Shown: positions 28,935-38,562 of the stretch, piece after piece
Layout: every line of letters begins with the position of its first letter
How positions within the stretch are numbered: the first letter of the stretch is position 1
From: Candidatus Tectimicrobiota bacterium
GTDB lineage: Bacteria > UBA8248
Length of the DNA stretch: 64,000 nt
NCBI GenBank assembly: GCA_016192135.1
Contig: JACPUR010000013.1
Location: 204,277 to 268,276, forward strand
Reading direction: 5' to 3'
Translations under genes and position numbers: made by a program
The notes under the pieces: generated by a model
Database searches by the model: none
What the model was told of the DNA's origin: nothing
The model's input: the letters and a program-made list of their open reading frames with translations, nothing else

Positions 28935-30119
28935 CTACAGGCCCGCGGCCACCTTGAGCCGTTTGATGTAGTTTCCGCCGTCGAGATGCTTGATGGAAAA
29001 CGAGTCCCGCAGGAGCTTCTCGAAAGGGGCTTCCTTCATCACGCCCATGCCGCCCGCCAGCTCCGCAGCCTTGTGGGCGATTTCAAAGGAATGGTTGGTG
29101 CAGAAGCACATCACGGCGGGCACGCGCTTGGGATCCGGCGTCCCATGATCCGTGGACCATGCCACGTTCCACACGAGGGACCGCATCGCCTGGAGCGAGG
29201 CGTACATGTCGGCGAGCTCGCAGGCGATGGCCTGATGCTCGATGATGGGCTTGCCGCCCTGGACGCGGTTCTTGCAGAATTCGACGATTTCCTCGAAGGC
29301 CGCCCGGGCGACTCCAATGGACCGTGCGGCGTTCAGGATGCCGTCGTTCGCCAGCGACGCGCGGATGGAGACGATCCCGCGGCCTTCCGGCCCCAGCATC
29401 CATTCCTTGGGGACGCGGCAGTTTTCGAAGATGATCTCGGCGTTCCTCAGGAGCCGGAAACCCATCTTGTCGTGCACCCGGCCGTATCTCATCCCAGGAT
29501 GGCCGTCCGGGATGAGGAAGCAGGTGCAACCGTCCAGCATGCCTTTGCTCGGGTCCGTCCTCGTGAAGACATAGTAGAGCTTGGCGATTCCGCCATGTCC
29601 GATGAACTGCTTCATCCCGTTGATCACGAAATGATCGCCATCCTTCACGGCCGTCGTCCGCACCCCCGCGCCGGGGGCGTTGTAGGGAAGGATGTTGTCG
29701 CCTCCGGAATCCGGTTCGGTCATCCCGACCGCCACGAGAAAGGTGGGGTCCGCGCAGAAATCCCTGAGCCACTTGTCGCGCACGTCCTCGGTCGTCACGC
29801 GGCGGTCGCTCAGCATGTGATAGAGCTTGCGGCCGTTGATCGGCAGGCTGCCGAGCGACACATCGCCCACGCCTAGCTCTTCGCACACGATAACCACCGT
29901 CACGGTGTCTTCGACGCCCCCGCCGCCGTACTGCTCCGGAACCGCGAGAGTCCGAAAGCCCAACTCGGAGCACCGCTTGATGAGATCCATGCTCACGCAG
30001 TCATCGGGCGTCTGGCCCTTATCGAGCTCCTTGACGAGGGGTTTCGCCTCGTTCTTGACGAAGTCTCGTGCCAGTTTTTGCAGCGCGACCTGCTCTTCGG
30101 ATAATGCAAAATCGACCAT
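28935..30119 (-). CDS. Acyl-CoA dehydrogenase family protein
   Basis: 394 aa. Paralog of 6147..7355. Confidence 0.85.
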   Translation of the reverse strand: MVDFALSEEQVALQKLARDFVKNEAKPLVKELDKGQTPDDCVSMDLIKRCSELGFRTLAVPEQYGGGGVEDTVTVVIVCEELGVGDVSLGSLPINGRKLYHMLSDRRVTTEDVRDKWLRDFCADPTFLVAVGMTEPDSGGDNILPYNAPGAGVRTTAVKDGDHFVINGMKQFIGHGGIAKLYYVFTRTDPSKGMLDGCTCFLIPDGHPGMRYGRVHDKMGFRLLRNAEIIFENCRVPKEWMLGPEGRGIVSIRASLANDGILNAARSIGVARAAFEEIVEFCKNRVQGGKPIIEHQAIACELADMYASLQAMRSLVWNVAWSTDHGTPDPKRVPAVMCFCTNHSFEIAHKAAELAGGMGVMKEAPFEKLLRDSFSIKHLDGGNYIKRLKVAAGL

Positions 30120-30142
30120 GGAACCATTTCCTCCCGGAACGA

Positions 30143-32182
30143 TCAGCGGTATTGCAACGGGACGGTTGAGGGCTCCGCATCGCGGAGGATGCGCAAACGG
30201 CTTCTGCGCATAAATTGCATGGCCAATGCGGCGGCCGCCATGCCGAAGCCGGCCATGTCGGTATAGAAGCCGGGGAAGATCAGCAAGAAAGACGCCGCCA
30301 AGAACAAGAGCCTATCGGCGGTGTTCGTCTTGACCACCAAGTATCCTTGGACCCCCGCGGCGAGGAACGCCGTTCCGACGCAGGCGGTGGCCGCCGCCAT
30401 GAATATCTGCCATGGGGTCCCGACCATCAGAAGAGACGGCGCATATACGAACATGTACGGGACGATGAAGGCGGCGATGCCAATCCGCATTCCGGTGAAG
30501 GCGACGCTTATCGGATTGGCCTTAGCGATTCCGGCCGCTGCGTAAGCCGCCAAGGCAACGGGAGGAGTCGTCCCCGACACGATAGAGAAGTGGAACGCGA
30601 ACATGTGAGCGGCGAGGGGCGGCACACCCATGTTGATGAGGGCCGGCGCCGCCACGGCTGCCGTGACAATGTATGCCGCCGTCGCCGGAAGGCCCATGCC
30701 GAGGATAATGCAGATGATCATCGTCAGGACGAGGGCCGGGAACAAATGGCCCCCCGAAAGATCCATGAGCAGGGCCGCGAACTTGAGGCCGATTCCCGTA
30801 AGCGAGATGATGCCAACGATGATTCCCGCCGTTGCGCAGGAGACGGCGACTTCCATCATCCCTTTCGGGCCTTCTTCAAGGGCCCGCATCATTCCCGGCA
30901 CGCCCATCGCGCTGCGCCGGTCCACGAAGTAGCCGGCCCCCGCCTTGAGCATGGAAAGCGGGCTGAAGGCGGAAAAGCCTCCTCGGCGGACATAATCTGC
31001 CGCCGACTTCACCCACACAATCCCGACGGCCGCGGACAGCGACAGAAGAGATGCGCGTATGGGACTCGAAAATTCCACGACCAGCGAATAGATCAGCACC
31101 CCGAGAGGAAGAAGGAGATAACCGCCCGTCATCAGGACTTTGCGGATACTCGGAAGCTCTTCCTTCGAGAGGCCCCGAAGCCCTTCCTTCGCCGCCTCGA
31201 AATCCACCATCCAGAAGAGAGCTGCATAATAGATGAGCGCCGGAATCGCGGCGGCCAGCACCACGTCGTAATAGGGGATGTTCAGCAGCTCGGCCATGAT
31301 GAAGGCCGCGGAACCCATGATCGGGGGCGTAATCATCCCTCCGCTCGATGCGATGGATTCCACTGCCCCGGCGAAGTGAGGTTTGTAGCCCGTTTTCTTC
31401 ATCAGCGGGATCGTCAGCGTTCCCGTGGTGACCACGTTGGCGATCCCGCTCCCCGAGATGGTCCCGAACAGCGCGCTGGAGAAAATGGCGACCTTGGCGG
31501 GCCCTCCGCGCGTGCGCCCGGCGATGGCAAAGGCCACGTCCATGAAGACGGAGCTGACGCCCGTGGCGCGGAGAAAACCCCCAAATAGGACAAAAAGGAA
31601 GGCGTAGGCGGCCGAGGCGTGCAGGGGAACCCCGAGAAGGCCGCTGTCGCTGAGGAGGTAGCCGAAGATGCGGCTGAGGCTTTTTTCTCCGTGCTTGAGC
31701 ATCCCCGGGAAATAGGGGCCGTAATAGGCATAAATCAGCGCGACCAGCGCAATGAGCACCAGCGGCAGACCCACCAGTCTCCGCGTCGCTTCAAGGACAA
31801 GAACCACAAGGGTGATGCCGGTTGCGACCATCCATATATCGGGGGCCGAAGCCGCGCTGAATTGGATGTCCTCCGCATGCAGGATGACGTAATACACCCC
31901 AAGGGCCCCAAGAGCGATCGCGGCCCAGTCAAGGCTTGAAAGCCGGCGGTCGGGGCTATTGGCCCTGCCTTTCAAGAGGGCAAAGACGAGAACCAGCGGG
32001 ATCAGCAGATGCACCGAGCGGAGAATGAGCGGGTCGAGGGGATAGAATCCAAGCCCGACGATATGGAATATGGAGATGGCGACGCCGAACGCGAAGAGGC
32101 CCGCGGCTACCGCGCCGCCGACCCTCCGCGTGGCTCTTCCACCGCCGTCCTCCTGCCCCTCGGGTCCAGCTTGCTCAACCAT
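30143..32182 (-). CDS. TRAP transporter fused permease (TAXI-type)
   Basis: 679 aa polytopic protein. Paralog of 23402..25267. Confidence 0.8.
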   Translation of the reverse strand: MVEQAGPEGQEDGGGRATRRVGGAVAAGLFAFGVAISIFHIVGLGFYPLDPLILRSVHLLIPLVLVFALLKGRANSPDRRLSSLDWAAIALGALGVYYVILHAEDIQFSAASAPDIWMVATGITLVVLVLEATRRLVGLPLVLIALVALIYAYYGPYFPGMLKHGEKSLSRIFGYLLSDSGLLGVPLHASAAYAFLFVLFGGFLRATGVSSVFMDVAFAIAGRTRGGPAKVAIFSSALFGTISGSGIANVVTTGTLTIPLMKKTGYKPHFAGAVESIASSGGMITPPIMGSAAFIMAELLNIPYYDVVLAAAIPALIYYAALFWMVDFEAAKEGLRGLSKEELPSIRKVLMTGGYLLLPLGVLIYSLVVEFSSPIRASLLSLSAAVGIVWVKSAADYVRRGGFSAFSPLSMLKAGAGYFVDRRSAMGVPGMMRALEEGPKGMMEVAVSCATAGIIVGIISLTGIGLKFAALLMDLSGGHLFPALVLTMIICIILGMGLPATAAYIVTAAVAAPALINMGVPPLAAHMFAFHFSIVSGTTPPVALAAYAAAGIAKANPISVAFTGMRIGIAAFIVPYMFVYAPSLLMVGTPWQIFMAAATACVGTAFLAAGVQGYLVVKTNTADRLLFLAASFLLIFPGFYTDMAGFGMAAAALAMQFMRRSRLRILRDAEPSTVPLQYR

Positions 32183-32242
32183 CAGATCGGTCTCCGGCGC
32201 GGCACGTGAGGCCCTTCCTCACTTGCATCTTTTGAGCTCTTG

Positions 32243-33241
32243 TCAATCGATCGGCTTGGGGAGCGGTACGTTTTGCTCCTTGAAATAGCGCGCGGCGCCG
32301 GGATGGAACGGCACGATGTTGGCGAATTTGACGTTCTCCAGGCTGAGCTGGCGGCCGAATTCGCCCATGGTCTTGGCCAGCTCGTCTTTCTTGTCGAACG
32401 TCGTCTTCACCAGACGGTAGGCGACATCGGCGTCGAGCTTGGGATTGCAGATAAGGGACGCCAGCCAGGCCAGGGATTCTCCATCCTTATCGAGGTACTT
32501 ATAGGCGCCCTTCTTGACCGTCCCGATCGAGTACTGGGGGTTCTTCTTGACGAGCCGCTCCAGGTCCGCGCGGTCGAGATAGAAGTAGTTGACCTTGTGG
32601 GTCAATTCCTGGTTCCTGAGCGCCCCAAAAGGAGAAATCGTGGAGATGAGGCCCACGTCGATCAGGCCATCGGCCATCTGGCCGAGGGCATCCCCCCAGC
32701 TCACGTTCACAATCCGCTTGGGCCTGAGGCCGAATTCCGCGACGATGAGGCGCAGGATGAAGTTGGCGGGCCCGGCGGCCGGGCCGGGCGTGATCACCTT
32801 GCCGTTCAGGTCCGACAGCTTGGTGATCTTCTTGCCCCCCAGGCTCCAGATGTCCGACAAGCCCACATACCAGGGGATGCAGGTATTGGTGTTGGTCATC
32901 TTTTTGCCCTTGGCCCAGGCGAGTCCCTTTTTCCCTTCGTACAAGGTTGTGGTTACTGAAAAGCCGATGTCGGCCGCGCCCGAATCGACGAGCCGGTAGT
33001 TGTCGAGATTTCCCCCCGTGGCCTCCACGTTCACGTTCAAGTCCGGGTTATGCTTCATGATGAAGGCCGCCCAGGCGCTCGACGCCAATTGGAGCGACCC
33101 TCCGACGGAGGCCGATCCCATCGTGATGATCTTCTTTTCCGCCGCCGAGGCCTTGCCCGCGCCCAGACCAGCGGCGAACATGACAGACCCGGCGAAAATG
33201 ACAAGCGATCTCATCCTCATTCCCATGCCCCTCCCGTTCAT
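32243..33241 (-). CDS. TAXI-family TRAP solute receptor
   Basis: 332 aa. Signal peptide MRSLVIFAGSVMFAAGLGAGKASA. Confidence 0.8.
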   Translation of the reverse strand: MNGRGMGMRMRSLVIFAGSVMFAAGLGAGKASAAEKKIITMGSASVGGSLQLASSAWAAFIMKHNPDLNVNVEATGGNLDNYRLVDSGAADIGFSVTTTLYEGKKGLAWAKGKKMTNTNTCIPWYVGLSDIWSLGGKKITKLSDLNGKVITPGPAAGPANFILRLIVAEFGLRPKRIVNVSWGDALGQMADGLIDVGLISTISPFGALRNQELTHKVNYFYLDRADLERLVKKNPQYSIGTVKKGAYKYLDKDGESLAWLASLICNPKLDADVAYRLVKTTFDKKDELAKTMGEFGRQLSLENVKFANIVPFHPGAARYFKEQNVPLPKPID

Positions 33242-33552
33242 GAAGCCAACGTTCCCGCCCCATCAGGGCCGATGAAAAGCGGCGCCGAGCCACGCTTTCC
33301 GTAGAATGCCGACCCGATCAGTCCCTTGGCCGCGGGGGTTTCGGTTTCGTCGCAATAGGGAATTCTTGGCATCGGGCATAACACCTCAGAAGGGGGACAC
33401 GCCGCCTGGGCCTCCGACCCTTCAGGCGCACCCACCTGCGGGAGAGTTGCGAATTTCTGTAGAATCTAAGAAAAATATATCTGTAAATCTGTATTATGAC
33501 AACCGCAATCCCTGCCGCGTGAGAGGGGCGAAGACCGGGGTGAGAATCTAAT

Positions 33553-34536
33553 GTGATTGATTCAATTGGTGTTATCGGTGGAGGCTACGTGGGTCACGGC
33601 GTGGCCCAGATGTTCGCCCAGGCTGGCCTCTCCGTCGTCCTATTCAATCGCACCCGGGCAAGCTCCAGCCGGGCGATGGAAAATATCCGGAAGGGATTGG
33701 ATCTGTTCGTGGCGGCGGATTTCTTGCCTCCCGCCGCAGCCGAGGCCGCCCTCAAGCGCGTCGAGCCGACGACCGATTTCTCCGCCGCTGTCCTCGCATC
33801 CGATTTCATCGTCGAAGCCGTCGCGGATGAACTGCCTCTCAAGCAGAAACTATTCAAAGAAATGGACGCCCTGGCGCCCCCTCACATCATCCTAGCCAGC
33901 GAGACATCGGGGCTCCACATCACGGATATCGCGCGAGATACCGTTCATCCGGAACGCTGCATCACGGCGCACAACTACACTCCCCCTCCCCTGATGCCGG
34001 TGGTCGAAGTGGTGCCGGGAGAGAAGACCTCGGCCGAGACGGTTCAGCTCACCTGCGCTCTTCTTCGGCGAATCGGGAAAGATACGGTCATCTGCAAGGA
34101 GGTTTCCGGTCATATCGGATCGAGATTCACCAATGCCCTCCGCCGGGAAGCCTTCCATCTCATCGAACAAGGACTCGCCACGCCGGAAGCAATCGATACC
34201 GTGATGCGGTCGGTGGGGCGCCTGTTCCCCGTCATGGGAATATTGCTGCTCACGGATTTTTCAGGGGTCGACATGGCCCGGAACAGCCAGCGGAACATCC
34301 TTCCGCGCCTGAGCCACGATTCCAAGCCGTCCGCGCTGATAGAGAAGATGACGGAAGCGGGAAAGCTGGGGATCAAGTCGGGAGAGGGATTCTACCAGTG
34401 GAATCCCGAGCGCATTCAGGAAATCGTGGAGGCCAGGGGACGGGAGCTTATCCGGTGGATGCGGGCGGCCCCTCTCCCCCCTCTGCCGCCACGCGCCGGT
34501 TTCCAAACGTCATCGACCACACGAAACGAGAGGTAA
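33553..34536 (+). CDS. 3-hydroxyacyl-CoA dehydrogenase (NAD-binding, Hbd/FadB-C-like)
   Basis: GTG start. N-terminus MIDSIGVIGGGYVGHGVAQMFAQAGLSVV, a Rossmann GxGxxG. Confidence 0.8.
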   Translation: MIDSIGVIGGGYVGHGVAQMFAQAGLSVVLFNRTRASSSRAMENIRKGLDLFVAADFLPPAAAEAALKRVEPTTDFSAAVLASDFIVEAVADELPLKQKLFKEMDALAPPHIILASETSGLHITDIARDTVHPERCITAHNYTPPPLMPVVEVVPGEKTSAETVQLTCALLRRIGKDTVICKEVSGHIGSRFTNALRREAFHLIEQGLATPEAIDTVMRSVGRLFPVMGILLLTDFSGVDMARNSQRNILPRLSHDSKPSALIEKMTEAGKLGIKSGEGFYQWNPERIQEIVEARGRELIRWMRAAPLPPLPPRAGFQTSSTTRNER

Positions 34537-34540
34537 GCCC

Positions 34541-35545
34541 ATGAGCGGCCGGCGCGAGCGGAAGGGGAGCATCCAACGGGGGGATCATTTCATCGAGGCT
34601 TGCACGCCGGGCCTCCGCCTTCACCTGCTCGAGAAGAGCCCGAAGCCCAGTGGTACCCGGACTGGCCGTCCCGCCCTGCTCATGGTCCATGGCCAGAGCC
34701 TGCCCTCGCCGGTGTGCTTCGACTTCCCCGTCCCCGGCTATTCGTGGATGGACCACATCGCCGCCCGGGGCTACGACGCGTTCGCCCTCACGCTCCGGGG
34801 CTACGGCTTGTCCAGCCGGCCCCTCGAGATGGCGCACGATCCCGCGTCCGCGCCTCCCGCCGTCCGGGCGGAGACGGCTTTGCGCGATGTCGAGGCGGCC
34901 GTCCGCTTCATCCGGGAGAAGCGAGACGGGAAATCCCTCAGCCTCCTGGGCTGGGCCCAGGGCACCATGCTGGCGGCCGCCTTCGCCGCGGCCCATCCCG
35001 CGCAAGTGGATAAGATCGTCCTCTTCTCGCCTCTCTACCTCAACGACCCCTCGGCCGCATCCTTGTTCGAGGATCCGGAGCGGCCCGGCCAGCTCAAACC
35101 GGAGTTCCGCGGGGCATGGCGCTGGGTGAACGAGGAAGGCCAGCAGCGGAACTGGAGCCGGCTGTTCCCGCGCGGAAAGAGCCGACTCTGGCGGGAAGCG
35201 CGCGCCGCGCGGGCCTATTGGGATGAACAATTGAAATACGACCGCACGGGGATGCGGCGCCGGCCCCCCGGCGTCCGAATCCCGAACGGCCTCATGGCGG
35301 ACCACTTCGACCGCACGCGCGGGCGGTCGATCTATGATCCCGCCAAGGTGAAATGCCCGGTTCTCCTGATCCGGGGAGAGCACGACCTCGTCTCCGAGGA
35401 CAAGGAGGCCCAGAGGCTTTTCCGGGCCCTCACCCGGACGTCCGGGAAGCGGTACGCAATCATCGGGGACGCGACGCACTTCGTTCAGTTCGAGAAGCGG
35501 AGGAATGAACTCTTCTCCGAAGTGCATGGTTTTCTGGAAGCCTGA
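34541..35545 (+). CDS. Alpha/beta-hydrolase-fold protein (nucleophile position appears to be Ala)
   Basis: Contains HGQ, then LSLLGWAQGTMLAAAFAAAHPAQVDKIVLFSPLY, in the position of the nucleophile elbow GxSxG. 5-bp gap from hbd. Confidence 0.7.
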   Translation: MSGRRERKGSIQRGDHFIEACTPGLRLHLLEKSPKPSGTRTGRPALLMVHGQSLPSPVCFDFPVPGYSWMDHIAARGYDAFALTLRGYGLSSRPLEMAHDPASAPPAVRAETALRDVEAAVRFIREKRDGKSLSLLGWAQGTMLAAAFAAAHPAQVDKIVLFSPLYLNDPSAASLFEDPERPGQLKPEFRGAWRWVNEEGQQRNWSRLFPRGKSRLWREARAARAYWDEQLKYDRTGMRRRPPGVRIPNGLMADHFDRTRGRSIYDPAKVKCPVLLIRGEHDLVSEDKEAQRLFRALTRTSGKRYAIIGDATHFVQFEKRRNELFSEVHGFLEA

Positions 35546-35575
35546 CCGGAATTTCGCAGGACCCGGGAGGAAGCG

Positions 35576-36550
35576 ATGAAGGCGATGCGCGTCCACGAAT
35601 TTGGCCTTGAGCATCCGATGCGGCTGGACGAAGTGGAGGATCCTCGACCTCAGGAAAACGAGATTCTCGTGCGAAGCCTCGCCGCCGGGGCGCATCCGGT
35701 CGATGTCGTCATCCGCGCCGCGAAGCATCCCTTCCACAAAAATTTCACGCTCCCCTATATCCCCGGCCCCGAAGCGGCCGGGGACGTCATCGCGGTAGGC
35801 GCCGGCGTGAAGAACTTCCGCGTGGGCCAGCGGGTCTGCGGCCGCTGCACCGGCGGCTCATACGCCGAGAAAGTCCGCATGAGCATTTCGTGGGCGACGG
35901 AGCTGCCGGAGAGCTACAGTTACGCCGAGGGCGCGGGCATTGTGGTCCAGTTCGCCACGGCCTGGAACGCCCTTGTCATCCAGGCCCAAGCGGGCCCCGG
36001 CGAGACGGTGCTCATCCACGGGGGCGCGGGCGGAGTCGGTATGGCGGCGCTCCAGCTCGCCAAGACCATGGGTTGCCGGGTGATCGCCACGGCCGGAACC
36101 CGGAAGAAATGCGGCCTGTGCGTGGACCTGGGGGCGGATCGGGCCATCAATTACCGCGAGGAGAATTTCGCGGAAGGCGCCCTCAAGCTGACGGAAGGGC
36201 GGGGAGTCGACGTCGTCGTCGATTGTGCCGCCGACGCGAATCTGATGAACGACGTGGACGCGATCCGCCCGGGCGGGCGGATCGTCGTGCTCGGCACGGC
36301 CAAGGCACTGGACGAAAAGGCCGCCTTCGGGGTCCAGCGGGCGCTGGTCAAGGACGCCCGGATTCTCTGCATGTCGATGCCGAATCTGACGCCCCACCTG
36401 CCCGGCCTGATGCGGCGCCTTTCCTCTCTTGTTTCGGAAATTCATTTCAAGATCCCCATCTACCGGGAGATGAAACTCGCGGAGGCCAACGCGGCGCATG
36501 AAATCCTCTGGAGCGGCGAGCATCATGGAAAAATTGTTCTTGCCCCTTAG
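35576..36550 (+). CDS. NAD(P)H:quinone oxidoreductase / zinc-independent MDR family
   Basis: 324 aa. Contains ETVLIHGGAGGVGMAALQLAK. Confidence 0.8.
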   Translation: MKAMRVHEFGLEHPMRLDEVEDPRPQENEILVRSLAAGAHPVDVVIRAAKHPFHKNFTLPYIPGPEAAGDVIAVGAGVKNFRVGQRVCGRCTGGSYAEKVRMSISWATELPESYSYAEGAGIVVQFATAWNALVIQAQAGPGETVLIHGGAGGVGMAALQLAKTMGCRVIATAGTRKKCGLCVDLGADRAINYREENFAEGALKLTEGRGVDVVVDCAADANLMNDVDAIRPGGRIVVLGTAKALDEKAAFGVQRALVKDARILCMSMPNLTPHLPGLMRRLSSLVSEIHFKIPIYREMKLAEANAAHEILWSGEHHGKIVLAP

Positions 36551-36884
36551 CCCGCCGCCGTTCATGGGAGTTCTTTGAAGGGCCGCTCTCGCGTCATCCC
36601 GGGCGATGCATCCTAAACGCGCGTACTCATGCTCCATCGCATTGTGCTGCCCCCGCAAATCCTCCGAAGAAATACGCTCCATGCTCCAAGGCAAAGGCGG
36701 CCGACACGGCGACAAGGCCATCACACGCCCAAATAGCTCCCGCGCAGGGCAGGCATGGAATCCGAATAGGGAAAACGGGGGATTGCTGGGGAATAGGCTT
36801 CTCGCGTCGATTCCATCACGACTCGGGGGCGCTCTGCGATGAACGGTCTGGACCGTTGAGCTGCCTCTCCCGCCGGCCGCCTGG

Positions 36885-37766
36885 TCAGGCTATCGGTTCT
36901 CCCTCGGTCCGCTCCAGTTCGAGAATCTCCCGCCGCAGTTGCGCGGTGACGGGCCCCGGCGCGGGGATGGGACGCCCGTCCACCTCGGCCACCGCATGGA
37001 CCCGGCTGAACGAAGAGGTGAGGAAGGCTTCGTCCGCCGTGTAGAGGTCGTAGAGCGTGAGGTCCGTCTCCTGGGCGGGGATGCCCGCCCGGGAGGCGAT
37101 TCCGAGCACCGTCCGCCGCGTGATGCCATCCAATGCCTGATGGGCCCGCGGGGTTTTCAGCACCCCCTCCTTCACGATGAAGATATTCTCCCCCGCCGCC
37201 TCCGCCACGAAGCCCCTGAGATCCAGCAGCACGGCCTCGTCGCACCCCGCCTCGATGGCCTCGATGCGGGCGAGGACGTGGTTGAGGTAGTTCAGGGACT
37301 TCACGCGGGGCTCGAGACATTCGGGCGGCGTCTTGCGCACCCCCGCCGTCTTGAGCCGCAGGCCCCCGCCCTTGGCCTTATAGGTGGACGCCGTGGCGGC
37401 GGGAGGGCTCGGCTCGTGGAGGAGGACGGCCAGGGTGGGCACGGGCGCAGTGCGGGGGTCGAGCAGGGGATACCCCTCCCCCCGGGAGACGATGACGCGG
37501 ATGTAGACGTCCGCCGCCTCCGAGCGCCGGATCGCCTCCTTCACGATCTGGGCGATGCGCTCCTTCGTCTCGGGGAGCGCGAGCCGGAGCGCCCGGGCCG
37601 AGCGCTCGAGGCGGTCCAGGTGCTCCCTGAGCCTGAAGATGCGGCCTCCGCTGGCGGTCAGGCTCTCGAAGATGCCGTCGCCGTAGAGGAAGCCGTGGTC
37701 GAAGGCCGAGACCTTCGCTTCCTTGGCCTCGATGAACTCCCCGTTCACGTAGCAGATGAGGGGCAT
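36885..37766 (-). CDS. Class-IV aminotransferase (branched-chain / D-amino-acid aminotransferase family)
   Basis: Start at MPLICYVNGEFIEAKEAKVSAFDHGFLYGDGIFE (plus-strand CAT at 37764-37766). Confidence 0.8.
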   Translation of the reverse strand: MPLICYVNGEFIEAKEAKVSAFDHGFLYGDGIFESLTASGGRIFRLREHLDRLERSARALRLALPETKERIAQIVKEAIRRSEAADVYIRVIVSRGEGYPLLDPRTAPVPTLAVLLHEPSPPAATASTYKAKGGGLRLKTAGVRKTPPECLEPRVKSLNYLNHVLARIEAIEAGCDEAVLLDLRGFVAEAAGENIFIVKEGVLKTPRAHQALDGITRRTVLGIASRAGIPAQETDLTLYDLYTADEAFLTSSFSRVHAVAEVDGRPIPAPGPVTAQLRREILELERTEGEPIA

Positions 37767-37773
37767 GGCAGAT

Positions 37774-38529
37774 CTACATGGCGCACCAGCCGTCGTCCAC
37801 GACGAGGTCGTGGCCATGAACGGCGCTGGCGTCGTCGGAGGCCAGGAAGACGGCGGCTCCCGCCATCTCGGCGGTTGAGATATAGGCGCGCCCCGTCGGG
37901 GTGTAGCTGGCCATGAGCTTCACGAACTCCGGGTCGTCCTGGAGGTGCCGGTTGAGGGGGGTGGCCGTGTTCCCGGGGGAAATAGAGTTCACGTTGATGC
38001 CGAACTTCGCGATCTCGGCCGCGAGGGCCCGGGTGAGCATATGGACGCCTCCCTTGCTGGCGCAGTAGGGCAGTGCGTTCGGGAAAGCGTGGGTGCCCGC
38101 GATGGAGGAGATGAAGATGATCTTCCCGGACCTGTGCTTCTTCATGCGAGGCACCACCGCCTGAGCGAGCAGGAAGTTGCCCTTCAGGTTCACGGAGAGG
38201 GTGAGGTCCCAATCCTTCTCCGAGTAATCCTCCATCGGCTTGTTGATCATGACGCCCGCGTTACCCACCACAATATCCACCGGGCCCAGGTCCTTGGTCA
38301 CCTTCTGGACGAGGTCCCGGACGTGGGCCTTCTTGGAGACGTCGCAGCGGTAGGCGCGCGCCCGGCCTCCATCCTCCGCGATGGACTTGGCCACCGCCTG
38401 GCCGCGCTTGGGATTGCGGGCGTTCACCACGGCCACCTTGGCCCCCTCCTTGGCGAAGCGACGGCAGATGGCCTCCCCGATGCCCTGCGAGCCTCCGGTC
38501 ACGATGGCCACCTTGTCCTTGAGCTTCAT
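37774..38529 (-). CDS. SDR-family oxidoreductase
   Basis: TGGSQGIG cofactor-binding motif and catalytic YxxxK in ALPYCASKGG. Confidence 0.85.
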   Translation of the reverse strand: MKLKDKVAIVTGGSQGIGEAICRRFAKEGAKVAVVNARNPKRGQAVAKSIAEDGGRARAYRCDVSKKAHVRDLVQKVTKDLGPVDIVVGNAGVMINKPMEDYSEKDWDLTLSVNLKGNFLLAQAVVPRMKKHRSGKIIFISSIAGTHAFPNALPYCASKGGVHMLTRALAAEIAKFGINVNSISPGNTATPLNRHLQDDPEFVKLMASYTPTGRAYISTAEMAGAAVFLASDDASAVHGHDLVVDDGWCAM

Positions 38530-38562
38530 GGCGCGGCTCCCCTCATATCGCGTTTTCCGGCT

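Noticed and set aside
33242-33552. Possible small RNA or gene in the 310-bp gap between the TAXI receptor and hbd
   Set aside because: No convincing ORF or structured element stood out. It is treated as a divergent promoter region.
36851-36868. Palindrome AACGGT-CTGG-ACCGTT just beyond the aminotransferase stop
   Set aside because: A 6-bp stem with no U-tract. It is too weak to call a terminator or operator without conservation data.
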